Assembly (NCBI GenBank): GCA_045863335.1
Contig: BTVY01000002.1
Coordinates: 32,001 to 96,000 of the forward strand
Origin: Candidatus Hydrogenedentota bacterium
GTDB taxonomy: Bacteria; Hydrogenedentota; Hydrogenedentia; Hydrogenedentales; SLHB01
Length of the DNA stretch: 64,000 bases
Direction: 5' to 3'
Shown: in pieces, positions 48,548 to 57,345 of the stretch
Position numbering within the stretch: the first letter of the stretch is position 1
How the letters are laid out: each line of letters starts with the position of its first letter
Position numbers and translations under genes: made by a program
The notes under the pieces: model-generated
What the model was told of the DNA's origin: nothing
Seen by the model: the letters and a program-made list of their open reading frames with translations, nothing else
Databases searched by the model: none

Positions 48548-50074
48548 ACGAAGGGTAGGCCGTTGCTTGCCTTTTGTGGTCTCGGTTTCCTCGATAAGAA
48601 GCCCCGCGCCGATGCCGTATTTGATAGCGTCCCGCACCTTGTCACGGGTCGCGTTCGGGCCGAATTCGTCGCTCAATTTCTCGCGGAGCCATTCGCCGGG
48701 TTTGCCCTTGTAGATTTCCCATCGGGTGTAGGTGTGGTCCTCGGCTGCTATTTCGTCGGCAATTCGACGGGCGATCCTGGACTGGATATCTTTCAAGGTC
48801 TCGTCGCGTTGTCCGGCCATGTCGCATTCAAACCACACGCCGTCCTGATTCCGCAGGTACACGGCTCGGTCTGACAATGGAGTCCATGACGCCTTGGAGT
48901 GTTCCAGCCGCGCGAATAGCCTGGGGTTCGATATGCCGTAGTCCGTGACTTCCTTTTCGTTCAATTCAACAATTCCGAACATGCACCTTGCACTGTCGCG
49001 AATGGATGAAGCCCCACGCGCCGCCGCCGACTTTGCTTCCTTCTCTCTATCCTTCGGAACATGATGGACGGCCAATATCGCCGCGCAGTGTGGCGTGCTC
49101 AAGTCACGCAACCGAGACATAAAGACGGCCATTTCAGCATTACTGTTTTCATCAAACTGATGGAAATGGCATAGCGGATCGACGCAAACAAGGTCTGGCT
49201 TGAACGAGTCCACTTCCGCATGGAGCCACTTGTATGCGTCCGTGGTTCGTCCTGCGGCGTCCATCAACGGAATGCCGGGATTGCAGTAGAGCCGGAGATT
49301 CTCCGCGAAGGCCGCGCGATCCTCGTCGCTTAATCCGTAGGCATCCGAGAGCCGCGCCCAACGCCGCCAGACTTCCTCCGCGTCATCCTCAGAGCAGAGC
49401 CACAGCACGCGCAACCGGCTCGCAGGTCGAAACGCCGGGAGCAACGCCCGCCCAATGCAACCGGATGTCACAATGGCGAGTAGTACGCCGCTTTTCCCTA
49501 TTCCACCCTGACCCGTGAGCAGGATAAGCGAACGCCGCGCGATCATGTCGTGATAAAGGTATTCGATGGGGCGAGGTTCACCGGTGAGCCATTCGCTGGT
49601 ATCAACCGGGGATAGCGCCGAAGTCTTGCCCGCTGCTGCGGGTGTGTCTAGCTCCGCGAGTTTCGCTTGCAAGTCAGGGGCAGTGATTCCGCCGCGTAGG
49701 TACAGGTCCGCCAGGTGCCGCCCTTCGCGCTCTCGGTAGTCGGTGCGAATGATGTCGCCAAGACCCCAAGGGTTGCATGTTGGTTCCGCCGCCGCGAGTT
49801 CGGACACGTCGCCCGTGCTCACTTCCGCGCCGACTGCCAACCGATGCAACAGGATCGAGAGTTCCAACCGCCCGCCGCCTGCCGTGAGTTTGATAATTTC
49901 ACCGGCCACGACTCGGTGTAAAGTATCCGGCCAGGCTTGGGAAGGTATCGCCGCGAGTTCCGCCGCCGCATCGGGATCGCCTTTGATCGCAGTTCCGAGT
50001 AGGGATCGACACGCCGCGATTGTCGCTTCACTAGGGGCGTGCCCGTTGCGCCGGTGGGTTGCCGCGCCGTTCAC
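48485..50074 (-). CDS. AAA_25/RepA-type replicative helicase with DnaB-N-like N-terminus
   Basis: Walker A GQGGIGKS, SEDD, Walker B LVCVDPL, DENSN, VHH..K, RGASSIRD; GTG start overlapping upstream stop. Confidence 0.8.
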   Translation of the reverse strand: MNGAATHRRNGHAPSEATIAACRSLLGTAIKGDPDAAAELAAIPSQAWPDTLHRVVAGEIIKLTAGGGRLELSILLHRLAVGAEVSTGDVSELAAAEPTCNPWGLGDIIRTDYREREGRHLADLYLRGGITAPDLQAKLAELDTPAAAGKTSALSPVDTSEWLTGEPRPIEYLYHDMIARRSLILLTGQGGIGKSGVLLAIVTSGCIGRALLPAFRPASRLRVLWLCSEDDAEEVWRRWARLSDAYGLSDEDRAAFAENLRLYCNPGIPLMDAAGRTTDAYKWLHAEVDSFKPDLVCVDPLCHFHQFDENSNAEMAVFMSRLRDLSTPHCAAILAVHHVPKDREKEAKSAAARGASSIRDSARCMFGIVELNEKEVTDYGISNPRLFARLEHSKASWTPLSDRAVYLRNQDGVWFECDMAGQRDETLKDIQSRIARRIADEIAAEDHTYTRWEIYKGKPGEWLREKLSDEFGPNATRDKVRDAIKYGIGAGLLIEETETTKGKQRPTLRKPTDLRTGADNEPCPQVVTQ

Positions 50075-50286
50075 CGCTCGCCCCCGTGCGTGTGCTGTTC
50101 TATCCACTCGTCCAACTGGTGAACGTCGTACCGAATCGTGCGCCCGATGCGAATGTACGGGGGTGCCGGAGTCCGGCCCGGTAGATTGCCTTGGCAACGG
50201 GAATTCGCGAGATACGACGGGGACATGCCAATGTATCGCGCCGCTTCCGCCGGGGATAGCAGTCTCGCCGTGATTGTGGGGTTCAC
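50071..50286 (-). CDS. AlpA/Xis-type helix-turn-helix protein
   Basis: LLSPAEAARYIGMS..YL...R..G..PPYIRIGRTIRY...LDEWI. Confidence 0.85.
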   Translation of the reverse strand: MNPTITARLLSPAEAARYIGMSPSYLANSRCQGNLPGRTPAPPYIRIGRTIRYDVHQLDEWIEQHTHGGER

Positions 50287-50483
50287 CGTGAACTGCCTCG
50301 CACGCCGCGAAACGCGTCAAGGCCCGCTTGGGTGACTCTCCATTGGCCGCCGCAACGGAATGTGCCTGGAATCACGCCCGCACGACACAGACGCCGCGCA
50401 GTTCTCGGATGGATTGACAACTGGGAAGCAACATCTTCAACCGATAGGTCTGGCTGCGATTCGATTTGTACCTTTGTGGCCAT
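50283..50483 (-). CDS. Excisionase-like HTH_17 protein
   Basis: LSVEDVASQLSIHPRTARRLCRAGVIPG..CGGQWRV; RBS AAGGGAG. Confidence 0.8.
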   Translation of the reverse strand: MATKVQIESQPDLSVEDVASQLSIHPRTARRLCRAGVIPGTFRCGGQWRVTQAGLDAFRGVRGSSR

Positions 50484-50574
50484 TCTCGGACTCCCTTTGG
50501 TTCGTCTGTCCGAGTTGTACCACTTGTCTGTCATGACATTCGATATGAATGTCACACTTTCTGTAGGTGGGAGT

Positions 50575-51201
50575 TTACGAAGTTTCTTTGATGATGCGCA
50601 GGACTTGACGCTTACCTACAGTAGGCCATGAATCGCGCAGCCGGTGTTCGTTGATTTTGCGCAGGACATGATCGGCCACGGCACTTTGTGACGCGTTCTC
50701 GCGACTCGCTTTGAACGCGCGTGCTGTGTCCTTAATGAACTGGTCGCGGGGCGATAAGGTATTGCGCTTCTCCGCCTCTCGCCCTTGTTGCTCTTCATGC
50801 GCCCGCCGCCCCTTCCGGGTGTCGGGTGCATCCGCGTAGGCATTGATAGTCTGTTCAACGCGCCCAAGCATCAGAGCACAGTTGATCGCGTTCGCAATGT
50901 CCCCCGCTTTGATGTAATGCCGAAGTATCACGATTTGATGTAGTGCCGCCTGTGCCGCGATTCTCATGCCTTGCACGCCCTGTAGTGAGTCAATCTGGCG
51001 TTGGGTGGGGTTCTTCGGTAGTCTGGGTTCCGGGACTTGATCCAATACCGTGCGGGCGCTTCGTTCAATCTTCGACAGCCGCGCTTCAATGGACGCGGAG
51101 GATACCCCCCCAACAACGAACAAAGTGCCGTCCGGCGTGTCGAATGTTAGGTCTGGGGTGACGTTTTTCCATCCGGTAGGTTTCGGCTTCGATTTCTTCA
51201 T
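50575..51201 (-). CDS. Hypothetical protein, possible C-terminal HTH regulator
   Basis: Co-oriented ORF between integrase and xis genes; C-terminal SQSAVADHV...VGKRQVLRII. Confidence 0.55.
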   Translation of the reverse strand: MKKSKPKPTGWKNVTPDLTFDTPDGTLFVVGGVSSASIEARLSKIERSARTVLDQVPEPRLPKNPTQRQIDSLQGVQGMRIAAQAALHQIVILRHYIKAGDIANAINCALMLGRVEQTINAYADAPDTRKGRRAHEEQQGREAEKRNTLSPRDQFIKDTARAFKASRENASQSAVADHVLRKINEHRLRDSWPTVGKRQVLRIIKETS

Positions 51202-51304
51202 GATGTTCGGCTCCATCTTCGGCATTAAATGAGCCGGGGACAATCCACTGCCGATTGTGTGGACTTTCGGCCCGTCGGCCTAGTCCCCGAACGACTAAAC
51301 TGTA

Positions 51305-52576
51305 CTACTTCCCGCTGCGTTTCTTCCTCGGAAACTTCACTACCTTCGCGCCGCGTGGTTCCGCGATACGTTCAACGGCTTCGCTCTTGTGCTCCGGTGC
51401 GAGATGCGCGTACCGCAGCGTCATGGTTAGATCGGAGTGCCCTAGCAGTTCGCGAACGGTGTTCAGGTCCACGCCCGCCATAACCAGCCGACTTGCGAAA
51501 TGGTGCCGGAGGTCGTGCCAGCGGAAGTTCTTGATCCCCGACTTCTCTATTAGCCCTTCCCATGAGGTTTTGACGTTATCCAGACGGCCCCCGTTCGGAC
51601 TGGGGAACACGTAGCCATGCGGAGGTACTTGATCGCGCCACGTCGCTAGTGTGGACCGTGCGACGGAGTTCAACGGCACATGGCGGGACTGTCCCGACTT
51701 GGCCGTATCTCCGCGTACCGTAAGCATACCGCCGTCAAGGTCAACATCTTCCCATCGGAGGTTGAACACTTCGCCGCGCCGGAGGCCGGTATTCATGGAC
51801 ACGATAACCATGGGTTTCAGATAGTCGGCATAGGCCAGCTTCCGCAGGTCCGTCAATTCGACACGATGACGATCCCGCCGCCACTTGTTGTAGCTGTCCC
51901 GCTTTGCCCTCATTTCTTCCTCGCGGGTGTCCAGTGCCTTTAACAGCGCCTTTTCCTCGTCGGCATCCAGATACCGCACCTTGGGTGCCCGGTCAAATTT
52001 CAGCCGCTTGGTTTTGGCGATAGGATGCGACGGTACGCGATCCCACTCAACCGCGCGGGACAGACAGGACCGCAGATCGTCAAGGTAGCGGTTTGTCGTG
52101 ACAGCCTTCGCGCCGTCCGCAATCATGGCCGCTCGCCACTTTTCCACACGGCCCGGTGTGACTTCCTGCAAGGGAACGTTCCAAAGGCTTGCGAACGCCG
52201 ATTTCATGTTTCGGAGCGTAGCCGCGCCGGTGCGCTTCGAGCGTAACCACAGGGGATCGTATTCATCCTCCACAAAGGCCCCTAGGGTCAACGGTGCGGC
52301 TTTCTTGCGCTCCGCGCCGGGGTCGATGCCCTTCGCCGCGTCTGCGGCTTTCAGGACGGCTTCCGCGCGTGCCTCTTGGGGCGTCATAGACTCCGCTCGC
52401 CCTATCTTCACCCGCCCCCGTGTTCCGTTGGGAAGCAGGTACCGGAGGTAGTACGTCCGCGCCCCGCCCGATTCGACTCGCAAGCTAAATCCGCGCAAGT
52501 CAGGATCGAACACTTCGTAAGGTTTCTCCTGGGGCGTGTACTTCGGTAAGTCCTTCGCCGTCAGCTTTCCTTTCAT
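51305..52576 (-). CDS. Tyrosine recombinase/integrase with N-terminal arm-binding domain
   Basis: D..LRGFSLRV..GGARTY (arm-binding), TGLRRGE, AKSG, HDLRH, LGHS...TLRYAH. Confidence 0.95.
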   Translation of the reverse strand: MKGKLTAKDLPKYTPQEKPYEVFDPDLRGFSLRVESGGARTYYLRYLLPNGTRGRVKIGRAESMTPQEARAEAVLKAADAAKGIDPGAERKKAAPLTLGAFVEDEYDPLWLRSKRTGAATLRNMKSAFASLWNVPLQEVTPGRVEKWRAAMIADGAKAVTTNRYLDDLRSCLSRAVEWDRVPSHPIAKTKRLKFDRAPKVRYLDADEEKALLKALDTREEEMRAKRDSYNKWRRDRHRVELTDLRKLAYADYLKPMVIVSMNTGLRRGEVFNLRWEDVDLDGGMLTVRGDTAKSGQSRHVPLNSVARSTLATWRDQVPPHGYVFPSPNGGRLDNVKTSWEGLIEKSGIKNFRWHDLRHHFASRLVMAGVDLNTVRELLGHSDLTMTLRYAHLAPEHKSEAVERIAEPRGAKVVKFPRKKRSGK

Positions 52577-52756
52577 CCGTATCACTCCTATAGTGCGTGT
52601 GCCGGATTCTGTCCCGTATCTGTCCCGGAGACAGTATAACACGGAGTAAGACGGTAGAAAAGCATGAATTTCGGATAGCCAATGTTTACGGGGGTTTTGT
52701 GGGGTATTTGCCTCGAAAGGCCGGATTAGAATCTACCGCGTTACACGGCAAAAATC

Positions 52757-52806
52757 CGTTCGGGACGAAGAGGCCGGAGGTTCAAATCCTCTCACCCCGA
52801 CCATTT
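52757..52806 (+). repeat. attR core (duplicated 3' end of tRNA-Pro)
   Basis: Exact 50-bp match to 42601-42650; lacks the tRNA 5' half. Confidence 0.95.
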
Positions 52807-53210
52807 TAAATCTCCTCCAATTGGCGACTTACGTGCTATAATGCGTAAGTCGCCGTATTTTTCCCGGTGTTTATCGTATCTCCTCTGGCCCGATAGGTAA
52901 TTGAAGGAAGTGATCAAATGCCTACGATCTTTACGCTGTTGCAAAGTTTGAGCCAGTTCTTGCAGCTCATTCAGTTCATCCAACAGATATTGAGCTTCTT
53001 CTCGTTGTTGTTACCTGTAGGGTAGCATCCACCACCATTATCGGTCGTTCCTCTGGGAGCCTGCGATGATTGCGGTCCCAACGGTCCGCGGTCGCGTGGC
53101 CGACGCCGCGATGCTGCTTGGTGGCCGCAGGCGGGTTTGTGGTTTCACGCGAAATCGTAGGATAATGCCGGGGACATTGCCATAACCACGGCGTAGGGGA
53201 ACTATTTACC

Positions 53211-54539
53211 ATGAACACAAGTCGACGATCCTTCCTCAAGACTGCGGCGGTTGCCGCCGCTCCGTTGATTCTGCCGTCCAGTGTTTGGGCGGCCAAGACC
53301 AAGCCCAACGATCGGATCACGATGGGATTCATCGGGATGGGAAAGCAGAACCGGTATCTGCTGAACACGTTTCTGCAATATGATGAATGCCGGGTTGTCG
53401 CCGTGTGCGACGTGGACACAACGCGACGTGAATCGGCACACCAGATGGTGCTCGAGCGGTATGCGGACCGGCCGGAGTCTGGTTCGGCGGATTGTCAGGC
53501 CTACAACGATTTCCGGGAGATCATCGCGCGGAATGACATCGACGCGGTCTGTATCGCAACGCCGGATCATTGGCATGCCATTCCCACCATTGCCGCCTTG
53601 GAATCGGGCAAAGATGTCTACTGCGAGAAGCCGCTGACGCACAACATCCACGAGGCGATCGCGGTGATGGATGCGGTGAAGAAGAACAAGCGCGTCTTGC
53701 AAACCGGGTCGATGCAGCGTTCCATGAGCGAATTCCGCATCGCCTGCGAGTTGGTTCAGAACGGCGCCATCGGCAAAGTCGATCGGGTGGAATGCAGCTT
53801 TGGCCCTCCGGGGGTTCCCTGTGACTTGCCGGAAGAGCCGATGGAACCGGGATTGGATTGGGAGATGTGGATCGGCCCCGGGCCCATGCGGCCGTACAGT
53901 TCGGTCTTGAGTCCACGCGGTATACATGACCACTTCCCCGATTGGCGAAACTACAAGGAATACGGCGGCGGCATGGTCTGCGACTGGGGCGCACACCATC
54001 TGGACATTGCTCAGTGGGGCCTGGACATGGACAACAGCGGGCCAGTGGAAGTTTGCCCGCCCAACGATCCGGAAGCCCAAAACGGAGGCGTTCTCTATTA
54101 CAAGAACGGCGTGCGCGTAATCCACGTGAGCGGGTTTGGTGTGGAGTTCTTCGGCAGCGAGGGCGAGGTCAAGGTGAATCGCGGCAGGTTCGAGTTTTAC
54201 CGCGACGGCAAGAAGGTGGCCGGTTTCGTTGAGCGCACGGACGGTTCACTCGGCGCAACGTTGCTGAAAGTTGAAGAGGAATATCTGAAGGACGCGCGCA
54301 TCAAGCTGTACAAGAGCGACAACCACCTCAAAGACTTCCTGAACTGCGTGAAGTCTCGCAAGAAACCGATCACGAGCGAGATCGTGGGTGGGCATTCGGC
54401 GATCTGCTGTCACCTGTTGAACCAGGCCTACTACAATCACTCCCCGATCAAGTGGAAGCCGAAGCGCCTGCGTTTCGAGAAGGATGGCGGCAAGGCGGAA
54501 TGGTTGACGCGCGACTACCGCGCCCCGTGGAGTGTCTAG
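53211..54539 (+). CDS. Tat-exported Gfo/Idh/MocA oxidoreductase
   Basis: SRRSFLK Tat motif, GFIGMG, ATPDHWH, CEKPL, DWGAHHLD. Confidence 0.9.
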   Translation: MNTSRRSFLKTAAVAAAPLILPSSVWAAKTKPNDRITMGFIGMGKQNRYLLNTFLQYDECRVVAVCDVDTTRRESAHQMVLERYADRPESGSADCQAYNDFREIIARNDIDAVCIATPDHWHAIPTIAALESGKDVYCEKPLTHNIHEAIAVMDAVKKNKRVLQTGSMQRSMSEFRIACELVQNGAIGKVDRVECSFGPPGVPCDLPEEPMEPGLDWEMWIGPGPMRPYSSVLSPRGIHDHFPDWRNYKEYGGGMVCDWGAHHLDIAQWGLDMDNSGPVEVCPPNDPEAQNGGVLYYKNGVRVIHVSGFGVEFFGSEGEVKVNRGRFEFYRDGKKVAGFVERTDGSLGATLLKVEEEYLKDARIKLYKSDNHLKDFLNCVKSRKKPITSEIVGGHSAICCHLLNQAYYNHSPIKWKPKRLRFEKDGGKAEWLTRDYRAPWSV

Positions 54540-54563
54540 ACACCAACCCGAATTTACGCGATA

Positions 54564-54598
54564 ACGGCCGGGGAAGGATCCTCTCCCCCGGCCGTTTC
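54564..54598. terminator. Hairpin/terminator between convergent genes
   Basis: ACGGCCGGGG...CCCCGGCCGTTT. Confidence 0.55.
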
Positions 54599-54608
54599 AT
54601 CTTCTGCA

Positions 54609-56927
54609 TTAATTCTTGCGCGCCGACACTTTCCATTTGACGTTTGCGGTGTCAAACGCGATTTCGAGAGCGTGGAGTCCGCGGCCCAGATTGTGCGCCG
54701 GAATGGATGTCTTTTCCAGAGTCCAGTTCTCCGGAACGTAAACATACAGGTTTCCCCGGAGGCCTTTGGCGCGGTGAATCGTGCCAGAAAGGCGTCCTTT
54801 ACTTTCGTCCCAGTCGAGCTTGGCGAGTTCGGCCTGACCCTGTGAGAGATGAAAGTCGGTGCCTACAAACTGAGGCCGACCCTGTTCCGGCCATAGCGCG
54901 AAGAGGCGCACGGCCTTGCCGGGAACCGACGCGGTGAAAGCATCCGTGCTGGCTCCTTTGAAGTCGTCCGTCCAGAATTCACGTGCGAGGTAAGAAGTGC
55001 CCGGCTGTAGCCCCATCTCTTCCCAAGTGACGGAATAGCTGCGTTCCTCATCGGAGAAATTGAAGAAGGCGAGCAGTTCCCATTCGATACCGTTGTGTTC
55101 GACGTGGAGGTGCCAGATGTCGGGCTCGCTACCGGCAAAAAGGTTCAAGGGCCGCGCCGCCTGGGCAAAGGCCGGCATCGTCTGTTGCATCATGCGGATG
55201 CGTTCTTCGGGGAGAGTGGTGAGGTCGTCGGAGTACATGATGCTCGAACCGGAGAGAGCGAGCATGGTTGCGCGCACGCGGCATTCTTCGGTACTTCCTT
55301 GCGCGCGGATGGACAGGTCGCAGGCTTCGTGATTGTACAACCGGCCGTGAAGCCAGTACTCGGCGGACGACATGGCGAAGACGCTGCGGAGCGTGGGCCA
55401 CGTGCTCGTGCCCGCGTCGAGGGTGTCGCTGGTGGCGTAGACGCCGTCGGCGAGGCCGCTGGACAGGAGCGGCGGCGTCTGGCAGTAACGCACGTAGGCT
55501 TCGTCGCCCGCGCCTTCGCGGACGGCTTCCATGGCGCGGCGCAAGGGCTCCCAGCCGCGCGCGTTCGCGGGGTCGGCGGGATAGAGGTTCTCCCCGGCGC
55601 AGGCGGCGATGAAGTCGATCTTGTAGTATGAAGCCCCGGCATCGGTGAGGCGCCGGAAGGTATCCACGATGTAGTCGTAGGCGTCCGGTTGCGTCGCGTC
55701 GAGTTGGAATTGCTGTGGGTTCGGTTCCCAATACCACGTCCAGGTGACGGCGGGGTTGCCGGATTCGTCGCGCAAGACCCAGTCCGGGTGTTCCTGAAAC
55801 AAGCGCGAGGTTTCCGCGACTTCCGTTGGGGCGATCCAGATCCCGAGTTTCAACCCGAGTCCGCGGAGGTCCGCTGCGAGCGCTTCCAGACCGCCGGGAT
55901 AGTCAGCCCTATCAACATCCCAATCGCCGCAGATGTCGCCGATTTGCCAGCCATGATCGAGCAACATCAGGTCCATGCCAAGGTCCCGGAAGCGTTCGGC
56001 GACGACCTGGGCGTTCGCCATGGTGAATGCGTGGCTAATCGGGAGGCGGATGGCGTACCAGGAACACCAGCCGATCGTGGCCGGCGAACGGCGTGGCGGA
56101 AGCGCGCTGGCGAGCAAGTCGCCGTAAGTTTCCAGGGCGTTCAAAGGATTGGCGTCGCTGCGGAGGACGAGCCAGCCGGTTTCGAGGCGTTCACCTTCCG
56201 CCAGTTGGCGACCGTGGAAACGTGCGACGCCCGAGATTAACGTCTCGTCAGTGTCCGCCGCGTAGCGGACTTGAACGACGGGGCGGCAACTCGGGGCGGT
56301 AATGAAACCCGCGGTAAACGCGGGTCCAGACGGAAAGCCGAACGTGACCATCCCGCTGCTGTCGGCGTCGAGCGCCGCTTCCGTTCCGTCCTCGTTGGTC
56401 GAACAAAAGGCTTCCATTGTCGGATGGCCGGGACTGCGTTCGATATAGGCGCAGGCGTCGCGCGCGGGTTGTCCCAACGCGACGCGACTCGGCGTGACGA
56501 GCGTGAAATCGCCCAGTGATACCGACGCACCGGACTTGTTGACGATCTCCCCCTGAATCGCTACCAGACCTTGTTCGTCGTAACGTCGCAATCGGATCGT
56601 CACGTCGACGGGAAGATTCTCCGCGCCGAGCGATGCAGAAATCTCTGTTGCCTTCCCCAGTTCGTCGTCGACCGCGGATTCCGTAGGCCGGTCGAGTGGC
56701 CGCAATGGGTATGCGACGCCATTAACGTCAATCTGCGAAGATGCGTCCGAGATCCCCACGTTAGTCGCACCCCACGTTGCCGACCAGACCCATGTGTCCG
56801 GGTTCGTCTCCACGTGTACGGAATCGACACTGCCGGAATCCTGTGCATCTGCGGCTGGGATCAGGCATAGCAGGGCGAGCAACATGGCAGCACAAAAGAA
56901 CGCTCGTCTATTTCGCGGAACGATCAT
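54609..56927 (-). CDS. Exported GH36/GH27-like alpha-galactosidase-fold glycoside hydrolase
   Basis: GWCSWY, LLDHGWQ, GIWIAP, YYKIDF, YSDDL; signal peptide. Confidence 0.75.
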   Translation of the reverse strand: MIVPRNRRAFFCAAMLLALLCLIPAADAQDSGSVDSVHVETNPDTWVWSATWGATNVGISDASSQIDVNGVAYPLRPLDRPTESAVDDELGKATEISASLGAENLPVDVTIRLRRYDEQGLVAIQGEIVNKSGASVSLGDFTLVTPSRVALGQPARDACAYIERSPGHPTMEAFCSTNEDGTEAALDADSSGMVTFGFPSGPAFTAGFITAPSCRPVVQVRYAADTDETLISGVARFHGRQLAEGERLETGWLVLRSDANPLNALETYGDLLASALPPRRSPATIGWCSWYAIRLPISHAFTMANAQVVAERFRDLGMDLMLLDHGWQIGDICGDWDVDRADYPGGLEALAADLRGLGLKLGIWIAPTEVAETSRLFQEHPDWVLRDESGNPAVTWTWYWEPNPQQFQLDATQPDAYDYIVDTFRRLTDAGASYYKIDFIAACAGENLYPADPANARGWEPLRRAMEAVREGAGDEAYVRYCQTPPLLSSGLADGVYATSDTLDAGTSTWPTLRSVFAMSSAEYWLHGRLYNHEACDLSIRAQGSTEECRVRATMLALSGSSIMYSDDLTTLPEERIRMMQQTMPAFAQAARPLNLFAGSEPDIWHLHVEHNGIEWELLAFFNFSDEERSYSVTWEEMGLQPGTSYLAREFWTDDFKGASTDAFTASVPGKAVRLFALWPEQGRPQFVGTDFHLSQGQAELAKLDWDESKGRLSGTIHRAKGLRGNLYVYVPENWTLEKTSIPAHNLGRGLHALEIAFDTANVKWKVSARKN

Positions 56928-57040
56928 TGAAAGAAGTCCCCTTTTGCGTTGAGAATCGTTGGCATTCGATCGCAACTGAGAGGCTGCGGTCCACGCCACC
57001 AAGAATGAAGATCGCCCTGGGTCCTGTATTCAGACTTCCG

Positions 57041-57193
57041 AGGAGGGCGGTTTTTCGTACCCGCCCCGCATACGATTGCATTTGTGAGGCAGACCTCTCA
57101 ACTCCCGCGGCACCTTACGCAATCCATCTCTAATTCACATCAACGCACTGTCGTGAAATGGCTGGCGTGGCGGGTTGGAAAACCCGCCCTCCT
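57041..57193. repeat. REP-like inverted pair (family D)
   Basis: AGGAGGGCGGTTTTTCGTACCCGCC and GGCGGGTTGGAAAACCCGCCCTCCT. Confidence 0.6.
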
Positions 57194-57345
57194 ATCAATC
57201 CCGGCGCTTGGTGTGCGCTGTTGCGAACCTGGGGCGCAACCTCGGAATTGCGCGGGGCACCGGTTGCGATGCTTCTTTTCATTCCAAGGTACAGTGTATC
57301 CTGAATTGTAGAAAGGCCTGATTTCGTAGGCCAAAGGGGGGAGAT

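Larger units (their letters stand above)
42601..52806. mobile_element. Integrated ~10.2 kb PICI-like phage satellite at tRNA-Pro
   Basis: 50-bp direct att repeats, tyrosine integrase at one end, AlpA-like HTHs, helicase, TerS and major capsid all co-oriented; no portal, TerL or tail genes. Confidence 0.9.

Noticed and set aside
52757-52806. Second tRNA-Pro gene
   Set aside because: Only the 3' half is present; it is the att duplication.
42601-52806. Complete prophage or cf-PICI
   Set aside because: No large terminase, portal, protease, head-tail connector, tail or lysis genes between the att sites.
57003-57345. Possible riboswitch between the GH36-like and UroD-like genes
   Set aside because: No cobalamin, SAM or TPP consensus recognised; the stems are explained by a REP-like inverted pair.
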